DNA of 64,000 nt from Heterodontus francisci. Lineage: Eukaryota. How positions within the stretch are numbered: position 1 is the first letter of the stretch; each line of letters starts with the position of its first letter. Made by a program: the position numbers and the translations under genes. Positions 1 through 10,931 of this stretch are shown one piece after another. The stretch lies in contig NC_090385.1 in assembly GCF_036365525.1 (NCBI RefSeq), forward strand, positions 18,705,803 through 18,769,802, in the 5' to 3' direction. A model generated the notes under the pieces. The model was not told the origin of the DNA. It made no database searches and saw only the letters and a list, made by a program, of their open reading frames with translations.

Positions 1-275
1 CAAACAGCAATGTGATCATGACCAGGTAATGTGTTTTTTGTGATGTTGATTGAGGGATAAATATTGGCCAGGACATTGCGGATAACTCCCCTATTGTTCT
101 TCGAATAGTGCCATGTGAACTTTTAAATTCAGCTAAGAGGACAGATAGGTTTAACATCTCATCCAAAAAGACAGCACCTCCCTCAGTACTGGCATTGGAG
201 TATCAGCATTGATGCTCAAGTTCTGGAATGTGATTTGAACCCAGAACCTTATGACTCAGTGGCAAGACTGCTTAT
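1..275 (-). mobile_element. Deu-domain tRNA-derived SINE (SacSINE1/AmnSINE-like), partial
   Basis: Reverse complement of the head and central domain of the copy at 42200-42630. Confidence 0.75.
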
Positions 276-603
276 CAACTGACACTACCACAACCATACA
301 CCAATATAAGTCAGCACCATCAGAAGAGGTGAGAAAATGTACAGGGAATGAAGGATATAAGGGTTCAATCATATTGCCACTATTGTATTGAGATAAAGCA
401 GTTTTGTAAAAATGGCAGTGTACTAAGGAATCAGAGCCCAACTAAAGCCAACCATTGTGACCACAAAGTAACCTAACTGGGCAGCATAACTGGGGTCTGC
501 TGACTGCACATCACACTCCGCACGTATCAGTTTGAGACTGATAGCTTCAGTATAACTGTGGCCCAAACGTCAATGTTCTCACTGAGTACAACAGCTGCTT
601 TGT

Positions 604-778
604 AGTGTTGTTGGCATCCTTCAATCAACGAAAGATGATGGACATGCAGAAAACAATCTATTTAGGTGGGGTGTCTTCCCTTGGTGCACTTTCGTTGATG
701 GCTGTGAAGGTCAATCCTTGAGAGGCAGGTTCTGCCACAAGTGCCACATGTGAAGCTGTCAAGTGACGCCGTGAGTTG
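604..778 (-). mobile_element. RTE LINE 3' end fragment
   Basis: Reverse complement of 22040-22207 (C2H2 zinc-finger region, 3' UTR and CAA tail). Confidence 0.75.
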
Positions 779-1924
779 TATTATAACAAACCAGACCTAG
801 CACTGGCCTGTATTAAGTACAATTTAACATAAGTTCCAACATCTACTGATGTTGGTTTCATACATTATTCCCAACCATTCCATGTACTTAAGTTGGGGGG
901 TGGTGGGGTGGGGTGGGGGTGTTACACTTATAACACTTATTTATCCTTTGAGTATTTGACAATAAATGGCCATTTCATAACTTGCCCTTTGCTGGAAAGT
1001 ACGTATGTACACAAATGTTGGGTGGGGTAACAATTTGATTCAATTATGATACCTTCCATGGTCGAATAGCCTGGTGCTATCCAGCGGTGGCACCTGTGGC
1101 ACAGGTGCAGACGAATATAATCCTTTGGGGATGCATGGAGAAAGCTGGCAGAAAAAAATATTCACTTCAAAGGCTTTTAATTTATGGCATTGGCTTCAAT
1201 TAAAATAGGAAGACAGAAATTATTTCCAGCACTCTATTTTACTATTTTCCTTCTTAACCTTTGCAATCCTTTACCTTGCGAACTTTGAGAGCCTGCCTAT
1301 GATAAATAACAACAGTTAAACGTGCTGCAACTGACTGCAAAGGATGGACATGTACAACACAAGACTCCAGAGATACTGATTTTGTAATTATCCATTTATT
1401 TTATTTCAAATCAGATTCTCCTTCCTGCTCAATTCATGGATAATTCAATCAGAGCAATATTTGTTCCATAAACTATTTTGAACCTTAGATTTGATTTAAA
1501 AGAGTCTGATCGTTCTATTTATTATCTGTTGGCGGTGCAGTGGAGATTTATTTGAAAGTTACTTCCTGTTGTGAGCAACGCATGTGGGTTTTTTTTAAAT
1601 GTGAAATTTCTATTCTGCTTTTGCAACTGCAAACAGAAAAAAATAACTCGTGATTAAGTTCCACTATAAGGGTCGAGGCAGCAGATGATTTTAAACCTAT
1701 TTGTTAGCATGGGGAAGTTTTGAAGCCAAGTCAGCAGCAAAATGGGTTGGGTTCAGAATGAGAGTAGTAGGAGCAGCGAGATCTGTGGAACACTCCCTGA
1801 TTAAGAGGCAAAGGTCGGTCCGGGCGCTGTATGTCTGACTTAGAGACATAAAGGAGAAGTAAACAGGGTAAAGAAGGGACATTCCGAATGCCAGGCTAAA
1901 GTTTCTTGTAAAAAAAAAATTGAA

Positions 1925-1995
1925 GCCCTATTGGGTGTATACATTATATATATATATACCAAGGAAATTCCACGGGGGCGTGGTACATAAAGGGC
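1925..1995 (+). promoter_or_regulatory. Putative SOWAHD proximal promoter
   Basis: Inverted CCAAT (~1930), kB-like GGAAATTCCA (1963-1972), GC box GGGGCGTGG (1975-1983) and TATA-like TACATAAA (1984-1991), about 100 bp before the ATG and next to a CpG-rich CDS. Confidence 0.5.
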
Positions 1996-2086
1996 ACAGC
2001 TAGGAGAGCAGCTCTGCTGATTGCTGTATTAGTTTATCTCTGAATGTGGACTTTGCTACCAGGAAGAGAAAGAGAGAAAACTAAGG

Positions 2087-3259
2087 ATGTTTGAGAAGCT
2101 CGGAGAGATGAACCACAGCCGGTTCATGGTAGCGGCCAGTCAGAGTCCCCCTTACCGGCCGGCAGGAGAAGATGCGCCGACCGCCGCGGATTGCGCCGGG
2201 AGCCTCCCTCCGCCCAAGGGCTGCCAGCCCCTCACCTACGGCGTGGTGCTGGAGGACGTGAACCGCCTGTCCCACCTCTTGGACCGCTTCTTGGAGACGG
2301 CGGGAAATTCCGAGAGGCGCAACGGCTTGGGAGCAGTCGGCGCAAATCCGGCGTACGCCCGTCCACAGGCGGGGGCACCGGGTCAGCGAGGGACCTCCTC
2401 GGGCAGGAGTAGAGGGGCTGCCGCTCGCTCGGTGTCCGACCGATCGCTAACGAAGCGGGAGAGTTCCCGGCGCAACAGCGACGTAAGTGTGTCGGAATGC
2501 GCCCAGGCGGGGCTCTCGTCCAGCGCCAAGAGGAGGAGCCTGAAGGAACTGATGCTCAGCAATGGCTGGGACGGGTTCAGCGGCATGTTGGGCGCGTACA
2601 GCAGCAGGAAAGTGGCTGGAGCGGCGGGGGAGACGGGCTCCTTGTCCTCCTCGGGCAGCGGCGAGTCGGCCGCCTCCTCGTGTGCGGCGCTGGAGCCCCG
2701 GGAACACGAGTGGATGTTGGCGCTAGCGGCCGGGGACTGGGACAGGATGGAGGCGCTGCTGCTCCTGGAGCCCAGCCTGCTCAATAAGAAGGACTTTGTG
2801 ACCGGCCTGACCGCCGCCCACTGGCTCGCCAAGCTGGGCAAGGACCAGGCGCTGCTGAAGCTGGTGCGCCTGGCGGAAAGTCGGCGCTGGCCGCTCGACC
2901 TGAACGCCAAGGCGGGCGGCGGGGGCTACACCGCCCTGCACCTGGCCGCTATGCAAGGCCACCCCATGGTCATCAAGCTGCTGGTGGGCGCCTACAGCGC
3001 CGATGTGGACATCCGCGATTTCGGAGGCAGGAAAGCCTGGCAGTACCTGGGCGGCGAGGCGCCCAGCCAACTCAGGCAGCTGACCGGGGCTCAGGAGGAA
3101 AACCCGGAGCCCTCCAAACAGCCTCGGCCGCCAACAGCACAGGATCAAGTGGACAGTCCAGCCAAAAAACCCGAACTCTCCCTATTGGCCTCAATCCACA
3201 GATTCTTTACACTATCCTACTGGCAGGGGAGGAAAACAGAAGGCATTGACTATAGATAG
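2087..3259 (+). CDS. SOWAHD: Sosondowah ankyrin repeat domain protein, 390 aa, single coding exon
   Basis: GC/CpG-rich intact ORF with the SOWAH signature LEPREHEWML...KDFVTGLTAAHWLAK...GYTALHLAAMQGH...LLVGAYSADVDIRDFGGRKAWQYL. Paralog D is assigned from adjacency to UPF3B/NDUFA1. Confidence 0.88.
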   Translation: MFEKLGEMNHSRFMVAASQSPPYRPAGEDAPTAADCAGSLPPPKGCQPLTYGVVLEDVNRLSHLLDRFLETAGNSERRNGLGAVGANPAYARPQAGAPGQRGTSSGRSRGAAARSVSDRSLTKRESSRRNSDVSVSECAQAGLSSSAKRRSLKELMLSNGWDGFSGMLGAYSSRKVAGAAGETGSLSSSGSGESAASSCAALEPREHEWMLALAAGDWDRMEALLLLEPSLLNKKDFVTGLTAAHWLAKLGKDQALLKLVRLAESRRWPLDLNAKAGGGGYTALHLAAMQGHPMVIKLLVGAYSADVDIRDFGGRKAWQYLGGEAPSQLRQLTGAQEENPEPSKQPRPPTAQDQVDSPAKKPELSLLASIHRFFTLSYWQGRKTEGIDYR

Positions 3260-3936
3260 TCCATATACAATAACAGACTGAAACCCCGAGTGTGCAGTCA
3301 ACTGGAATTGATCACACATGTATACTGTTAAGGGTATTTTTAAAATTTATGCCTAAAATCATTTCATAATCTGTCCTCTCGATTTTGATATGTTTGCATG
3401 TAATTTGTCATTTTCCTTAAAGGAAATTTCCCCCCCCCCCCTTTTTTTCAAACGGTCAGTGTATTCAGGGAAGCCTCATTATGTTTTAAGATATGGGGGT
3501 GAATCACTGCAAAATGTTCATTAAAATCTCTCAAATGCCATACTTGTGAGATGTCACTGGAGTTTGGCAGTAACGCCACGTTAGAATTGTGCTGCTTCTT
3601 GATGTAAATTCGCAAAGGAAGTAACGAGAAATAACCCGGTTTGATAATGTCCTATTTTAGTCGGTATATGATGACATCAGAAGCAGATATGATTGAACAG
3701 ATCGCAAGAATTGAAGATTATTCAGCTTTGGCCAATATATCCTAAACGTGCATTTTCAATTCCCTTTTCAAAACGCGATCCGCCGGGTGATTGGAACATG
3801 TACAGCGCGTGTGCGGATTTATACATTTTCTTACTCATTTGAGACCGGTTATTACTGTGGAAATACTGTTTGGGTCATTTATATTGTTACTGTGATTTGA
3901 CTTTAGGTATAAAGATCCGCATTATTAAGAATTAAC

Positions 3937-3942
3937 AATAAA
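3937..3942 (+). terminator. Candidate polyadenylation signal for SOWAHD
   Basis: AATAAA ~680 bp after the stop, followed by T-rich sequence and then repeats. Confidence 0.4.
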
Positions 3943-4057
3943 AGTAACCAGGTACTGAGATCAAAAATATAAGACATTATATGAAGTGTTTTTTTTAAAG
4001 TGAGTTGCAAACTTGAATTTGTGTTGATGGTGATGCTTAAAACTTAAATTTCAAGTA

Positions 4058-4450
4058 GTCATAGAGTTATACAGCACAGAAATAGGCCCTTCAGTCCATC
4101 GTGTCTGTGCCGGCCATCAAACACCTAACTATTCTAATCCCATTTTCCAGCACTTGGCCAGTAGCCTTGTATGCTATGGCGTTTCAAGTGCTCATGAAAA
4201 TACTTCTTAAATGTTGTGAGGGTTCCTGCCTCTACCACCTCTTCAGGCAGTGTGTTCCAGATTCCAACCACCCTCTGGGTGAAAATTATTTTCCTCAAAT
4301 CCCCTCTGAACCTCCTGCCCCTTACCTTAAATCAATGCCCCCTGGTTATTGACCCCTCCGCTAAGGGAAAAAGTTTCTGCCTATCTAATCTATCAATGCC
4401 CCTCATAATTTTGTTTACCTCAATCATGTCCCCCCTCAGCCTTCTCTGCT
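4058..4450 (-). mobile_element. CR1 LINE 3' fragment
   Basis: Closely similar to the CR1 3' end at 61140-61540. Confidence 0.85.
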
Positions 4451-4799
4451 CAGTAGTGCAGAAATATTACTTAGTTCAACATGTATTGTGAAAAAACTGT
4501 AGTGTCTGCATGCAAATCAAATATGAACTGTATTTAGAACCATATTTAATGTTCTTCTCCTGCATATTCCATAGCTTTTTGCTCTGAATTTTGACTTAAG
4601 GCATTTCAGCCCATTAACACAGCCTCCATTTTCCTTACAACACTGAGTGGATATTCTAGTGTCTGAGGGGGAGGTGACATTGGTTGACCCATTGGCTGTA
4701 GACCCTTCATTAGAATAGAGTTCTGGTAAGAGGGTTTGCACCTAAGTGTTGGCCTGTTTTGGGACTGATGCACCTATTATATGTTTTCAAAATCTATTG

Positions 4800-5185
4800 T
4801 CAATTCAGACCTCCTGCATTTGCACTCCCCCCCCCCCCCCCCCCCCCTGGTATTCTCATACCTTTCTCCTTGTGTGGGTCTTTCCTGTGCCTTTTCACCA
4901 TCTTAGCTAGTTGCACACTGTTTTGTTCCTTTTCACTCCCTCATTGTGATAATCTTTTGTGTCTTCTGATAGTTTTCTGCTTTTCTATTAAGCAATTTGC
5001 AGGATAGTCAGTCCCATTAACCACCCCTCTGTAATCACTTTATCCTTTTTTCAACACTGCTAAGCGGCTTGCTTAACTTTCAGTTTTCAGTTCTGATGAA
5101 ATGTCTATACCTGAAATGTTAACTTGTCTTTGCTCCTAACATATCGAAGGGCCTGCTGTGTCTTTCCAGCATTTTCTGTTTTTGC
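4800..5185 (+). mobile_element. Degenerate Penelope-like terminal repeat with hammerhead-like core
   Basis: Pyrimidine-rich tract, then AGTT-CTGATGA...GAAA-TGTT-AACT (5089-5124), then the tttccagcattttctgtttt tail shared with 9325-9395. Confidence 0.55.
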
Positions 5186-7223
5186 TGTTTATTTAGAATA
5201 GGTATTTTTTTCTATCAGTAAATTGACTCAGTGGCCCAGATGTGTTCTTCGCAAGTCATTTGAGAGTCTGGGAAAAATGATTTGTCCTCTGCCTCAGAAT
5301 TTCAGCCAAATATCTGAAGCATAGTGCAGATTGGTCAGTGTTTGTCTACACTTTGTAATTGAACAATTTATATAGTATTTTCCCAAACTTTTAAATGGAT
5401 ACTTTTGTTGTGATAAAATCTAGATTGCCTTGTGTGCTTGATTTACCACTGAATGGTAACAAATACATTCACGATAATACAACAGGGTAATTATTGTTAC
5501 TCTGTAAATATTATTAAAATACAATGCAGGGAGTATTTACATTGCAGCTACTGATCTGAACTGGTAATTGTAATTCAGATTCCAATCATACAATAGTTTT
5601 ATATAGCTTAACTCCTCTCTGACTGGATCCTAACTGTTCTTCTTGGGTGTATCCACGCAAGCACAAAGCTCTCTCCTATGTACGTAGAACTCTCTCCCAA
5701 CAGTTAAAACATTAAATGTTTATGGAGGGGAGAATCTGTGCTCTTTGAAGACTTAAATTGAGGTCAAGCAAGTATAAGGAATCGCAATAAACCTTCAGAG
5801 AATTTTGAAAACCAGGTTGGGCACTAAACTAGATTTACACTCCGTGTGGTGTCAGACCAAATTGCTGTGAGACTATACAATCTGATTTCACTATCCTTCA
5901 CAATTGCACCCTGACTCTGAATTTACACTGCAAAGAGGAAATTATAACAATGCCATCTTGCACTGCTCTACAATTATTGTTTGAGGCCCATACTTAAAGT
6001 TTCCGATCCAATTTCTACTACTGGCTTTGGATCACTCTAGCCATGGCAATCAGGTTTCGCATTTGTTCCCAGAAATGCAAGTATTTTTCTTTTCCCGTGT
6101 GCAAATACAAGTTAAAATTTAAAGATTGGAGCTGCGGGACTGTTGATTCTCTGCTAACATTTAAGATTTTTTGACTTGCTTGTCTAAATTCACTTTGGGC
6201 AATTTAACATCCTCATTATTTACATAATAGTTTGCACGGATGTGGAGCAGTTTCAACTTTGTATTGAAGCAAACTGTTGTTTAGCTGATCTGACATGAAT
6301 TCAGTTGCCAATTTGACTAAAATACAATAATTAAATGCATTGCCCATGTGAAATAGCCTCAAATTTTCTATGTGTTATCATCATTGAAGTAGAATGAAAT
6401 ACTATTTCAGATTAACTAGGTTCCTTTTGCTGAAATAAAGGAACACATTCAAAGTGGCAAAGGTAAATTTAGGGCCAATATCTCAAAGTTCTCTTTCACC
6501 CAAATGGACTTCTTAGTAGGGTAGTGAGACAAAACCTCTGGAATAATTTTAGAAATGGTTGGATGCTGTGAGAATATGCAAGATTTCTTTCTGAATATAT
6601 AAGCTAGAGTGGACTGAATTGGTCTTCTCATCATAGCTATCTTGTGTTTACACAAATGTCTTGGATGAGTGTTTAGTTTGTTGGTTTCATCCATTCCAGG
6701 GAATGCAGAAGGAGGGTAGAGGGGCCAATATACAATTTCTTGATGTTTGAGTGGGTAACAATAGGTGCAGTATTTTTTTTTCATCCAAGAATAAATCTGC
6801 CTTATATAATAGAGAAAAGAGAGGAGTGGAGAGAGAGACACAGAAAGAGGTTGTGTGGTGGAGAAAGGGAACTACATGGAGACTTCTGACGTCTAGTCAC
6901 CAGGAAGGGATGTTTGTGTCATTACCCAGGATAATATTGCAGAGGTAATAAATACAAATTCATTAGTGGGAGAGGGAGATAAATCCATTTTCTCAGATCA
7001 CCAGAGGTATCAGTTGCTACTGACCAATCCACTTACAATTTTGCTGGTTGCATTATATTCTTAAAATAATGGACTACACAAGAACACCACATGGAAATAA
7101 CATTAAGGCACCACGCCACAATTTGCATCAAATTTAAAAGATACCTTTCCCTATAGATACAGGAAGTTTCAAATACACAAGATGAAATCCTTAAGGTGAA
7201 TGCAAATATCCTTAACTGATATT

Positions 7224-8886
7224 CTTCTTCGGCCTCCTTGTCTCGAGAGACAATGGGTAAGCACCTAGAGGTGGCCAGTGGTTTGTGAAGCAGCGCCTGG
7301 AGTGGCTATAAAGGCCAATTCTAGAGTGACAGACTCTTCCATAGGCGCTGCTGATGAAATTGGTTGTTGGGGCTGTTACACAGTTGGCTCTCTCCTTGCG
7401 CTTCTGTCTTTTTTCCTGCCAACTGCTAAGTCTCTTCGACTCGCCACTCTTTAGCCCTGCCTTTATGGCTGTCCGCCAGCTCTGGCGATCTGAGGCAACT
7501 GACTCCTGTGATCACTGGCAACTGACTCCCATGACTTGTGGTCAATGTCACAGGACTTTATGTCGCATTTGCAGACGTCTTTAAAGACCCACGGCCGGTG
7601 GGTCTGATACCAGTGACAAGCTCGCTGTACAATGCATCCTTGGGGATCCTGCCATCTTCCATGTGGCTCACATGGCCAAGCCATCTCAAGTGCCGCTGGC
7701 TCAGTAGTGTGTATAAGCTGGGGATGTTGGCTGCCTCGAGGACTTCTGCGTTGGAGATACGGTCCTGCCACCTGATGCCAAGGATTCTTCGGAGGCAGCG
7801 AAGATGGAATGAGTTGAGACTTCGCTCTTGGCTGACATACATTGTCCAGGCCTCGCTGCCGTAGAGCAAGGTACTGAGGACAGAGGCTTGAAATGCTTGG
7901 ACTTTTGTGTTCCATGTCAGTGCGCCATTTTCCCACACCCTCTTGGCCAGTCTGGACAAAGCAGTGGAAGCCTTTCCCATGCGCTTGTTGATTTCTGCAT
8001 CGAGAAACAGGTTACTGGTGATGGTTGAGCCTAGGTAGGTGAACTCTTGAACCACTTCCAGAGCGTGGTCGCCGATATTGATGGATGGAGCATTTCTGAT
8101 GTCCTGTCCCACGATGTTCATTTTCTTAAGGCTGATGGTTAGGCCAAATTCATTACAGGCAGCAGCTATCCTGTCGATGAGTCTCTGCAGACGCTCTTTT
8201 GTGTGGGATGTTAATGCAGCAAAGAGGAGTTCCTTGATGAGGACCTTCTGTACTTTGGTCTTTGCTCTAAAGATGGGCAAGGTTGAACAACCTGCCAACT
8301 GATCTTGTGTGGAGGAAAATTCCTTCTTCTGAAGACTTGAACGCATGTGAGAGCAGCAGGGAGAAGAAGATCCCAAACAGTATAGGTGCGAGAACACAGC
8401 CCTGTTTCACGCCACTGAGGATAGGAAAGGGGTCTGATGAGGCACTGCTATGCTGAATTGTGCCTTTCATATTGTCATGGAATGGGGTGATGATACTTAG
8501 TAGCTTTGGTGGACATCCAATCTTTGCTAGTAGTCTGAAGAGACCACGTCTGCTGACGAGGTCAAAGGCTTTGGTGAGATCTACGAAAGCAACATAGAGG
8601 GGCATCTGTTGTTCACGGCATTTCTCCTGTAGCTAGCGAAGGGAGAACAACATGTCAATGGTGGATCTCTCTGCTCGAAAGCCACACTGTGCCTCAGGGT
8701 AGACATGCTCAGCCAGCTTCTGGAGTCTGTTTAAAATGACTCGAGCGAAGGCTTTCCCCACTATGCTGAGCAGGGAGATTCCACGGTAGTTGTTGCAGTC
8801 ACCGCGGTCACCCTTGTTCTTATAGAGGGCGATAATATTGGCATCGCGCATGTCCTGTGGTACTGCTCCCTCATCTGATAAACTGA
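7224..8886 (-). mobile_element. 5'-truncated RTE-clade LINE with 12-bp target-site duplication
   Basis: RT fragments (YKNKGDRGDCNNYRGISLL, QCGFRAERSTIDM, GVKQGCVLAP, FTYLGS), a GAA-repeat tail, and TSD TTAACTGATATT at 7212-7223 and 8887-8898. Confidence 0.92.
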
Positions 8887-8964
8887 TTAACTGATATTAA
8901 TGCTTTCGTTTTAAATCAGTTCTGGTCTAGGCTTTCTGAACAGGAGGGAACTAATCAATGGATT

Positions 8965-9395
8965 AGATTCCTTTGGATAGGATCATTCCCTCCGCGACAC
9001 CCTGGTCCACTCCTCCATTACCCCTGACACCTCTCCCCCTTCCCAAGGCACCTTCCCATGCAATCGCAGGAGGTGTAATACCTGCCCTTTTACCTCCTCT
9101 CTCCTCACTATCCAAGGCCTCCAACACTCCTTTCAGGTGAAGCAGCAATTTACTTGTACTTCTTTCAATGTAGTATACTGTATTCGATGCTCACAATGTG
9201 GTCTCCTCTACATTGGGGAGACCAAAAGCAGATTGGGTGAATGCTTTGCTGAACAGCTCCGCTCAGTCTGAAAGCATGAACCCGAGCTTCCGGTTGCTGG
9301 CCATTTCAACAACCCCTCCTTACCCTGCTGAGTATTTCCAGCATTTCTTGTTTTTATTTCAGATTTCCAGCATCTGCAGTATTTTGCTTTTATTA
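8965..9395 (+). mobile_element. Penelope-like element fragment (GIY-YIG endonuclease plus terminal repeat end)
   Basis: Manual translation gives FPCNRRRCNTC...FTCTSFNVVYCIRCSQCGLLYIGETK...HFN (motif at 9170-9223), joined to the ctgctgagtatttccagcatt...atctgcagtattttgc tail. Confidence 0.88.
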
Positions 9396-9454
9396 TAGTT
9401 AGTTCCTACGTCCCATTTAACTGTTGCTTCTATCATCTAACTGGATACCAGAAC

Positions 9455-9920
9455 AACAACAACTTGTATTTATATAGTGCCTTTAATGTAATAAAACATC
9501 CCAAGGTTGGGGCATTATAAAACAAGATATGACAACGAGGCATAGACGAAGCTATTAGGGCAGATGACCAAAAGTTTGGTCAAAGATGTAGGTTTTAAGG
9601 AGCGTCTTAAAGGAGGAAAGAGAAGTGGTGAGGTAGAGGGGTTTAGGGAAGGAATTCTAGGGCTTAGGGCCCAGGCAGATGAAGGCATGGCCATCCATGG
9701 TGAAGTGATTAAAATCAGCGATATTCAAGAGGCCAGAATTGGAGGAGCGCAGATATTTCGGAGGGCTGTGGGGCTGGAGGAGATTACAGAAATAGAGAGG
9801 GTCAAGGCCATGGAGGGATTTGTAAACGAGGATGAAAATTTTAAAATCGAGGCATTGTTTAATGGGGAGACAATGTTGGTCAGCGAACACAGGGGTGATG
9901 GGTGAACAGTACTTAGTGCA
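9455..9920 (-). mobile_element. L2-clade LINE 3' fragment
   Basis: HCLPIKQCLDFKIFILVYKSLHG...AF motif; similar to 44055-44520. Confidence 0.8.
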
Positions 9921-10556
9921 AGACGTCTGCTATTACATACATGGTATTATGGAGTATTTGCAGCACAGAAAACTTTCATGCCAATACAGGCACAGCATTG
10001 ACCAGTCTCACCTTAGGCATTCCAAATCAAATTGTACAGCATTTTACAGAGTTGCCAAGCGATTTGATAACTAGTTTTACATGAAATGGCTATTGATCCT
10101 CCATCCAGTGTAGGATGTAAGAAATGGTGTAGCAACAATTCTACAAGTGGGTGGACTGAAAGTCATGCATGACATTTATTTTGTAAGAGTCTGAGCGAGT
10201 GCTCCCCCAGAAAACGATTTTTGAAACTTTATTTGGTATATTTTCCAGCATTTGATATAGATTTCATGTGAAAACCTACCTCATTAAGGCAGACAAAAAC
10301 TAGAATTGTGAACTATACGCATTGTGACAATCGGTTATTAGTAAAATTAATATTTCTTGACTCTCATTCCAAATTGTTTCTAACTACCGCTAATTGCTTT
10401 GAATCCAGAAATTACTGTTGAGGATATTAGCACACAAATCCTTAATGAGTTTGTACCATATTTTTCTGACTGCTATTGTAAAGCGAATGTTTTCTCAATA
10501 ATAGCATCTATAATAAAATACTGCAGATGCTGGAAATCTGAAATAAAAACAAGAAA

Positions 10557-10840
10557 TGCCTGTGTGGAGTTTGCAAGTTCTCCCTGTGTCTGCGTGGGTT
10601 TCCTCCGGGTGCTCCAGTTTCCTCCCACAAGCCAAAAGACTTGCGGGTTGATAGGTAAATTGGCCATTATAAATTGCCCCTAGTATAGGTAGGTGGTAGG
10701 GTAATATAGGGACAGGTGGGGATGTGGTAGGAATATGGGATTAGTGTAGGATTAGTATAAATGGATCGTTAACGGTCGGCACAGACTTGGTGGGCCAAAG
10801 GGCCTGTTTCAGTGCTGTATCTCTAAACTAAAAAAAAAAT
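10557..10840 (+). mobile_element. HE1/V-SINE, 5'-truncated
   Basis: Highly similar to 27762-28040; AAATGC is duplicated at 10554-10559 and 10843-10848. Confidence 0.88.
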
Positions 10841-10894
10841 CTAAATGCTGGAAATACTCAGCAGGTCTGGCAGCATCTGTGGAGAGAGAAGCAG

Positions 10895-10931
10895 AGTTAA
10901 CGTTTCGGGTCAGTGACCCTTCATCAGAATT
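10895..10931 (-). ncRNA. Minimal type I hammerhead ribozyme motif (Penelope-associated)
   Basis: Minus strand reads AATT-CTGATGA-A-GGGTC-ACT-GACCC-GAAA-CGTT-AACT. Confidence 0.6.

Larger units (their letters stand above)
10510..10931 (-). mobile_element. Penelope terminal repeat with hammerhead motif, interrupted by an HE1 SINE
   Basis: 10510-10559 plus 10843-10931 match 40527-40655 and the reverse complement of 9325-9395. Confidence 0.8.

Noticed and set aside
2081-3148. Several overlapping alternative-frame and antisense ORFs over SOWAHD
   Set aside because: Expected by-products of a GC-rich CDS with few stops; no recognisable domains.
6660-6760. Weak RPL39-like nucleotide echo on minus (attccc-tgg...atgaaacc)
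   Set aside because: No open frame matching RPL39 and no splice sites; chance similarity.
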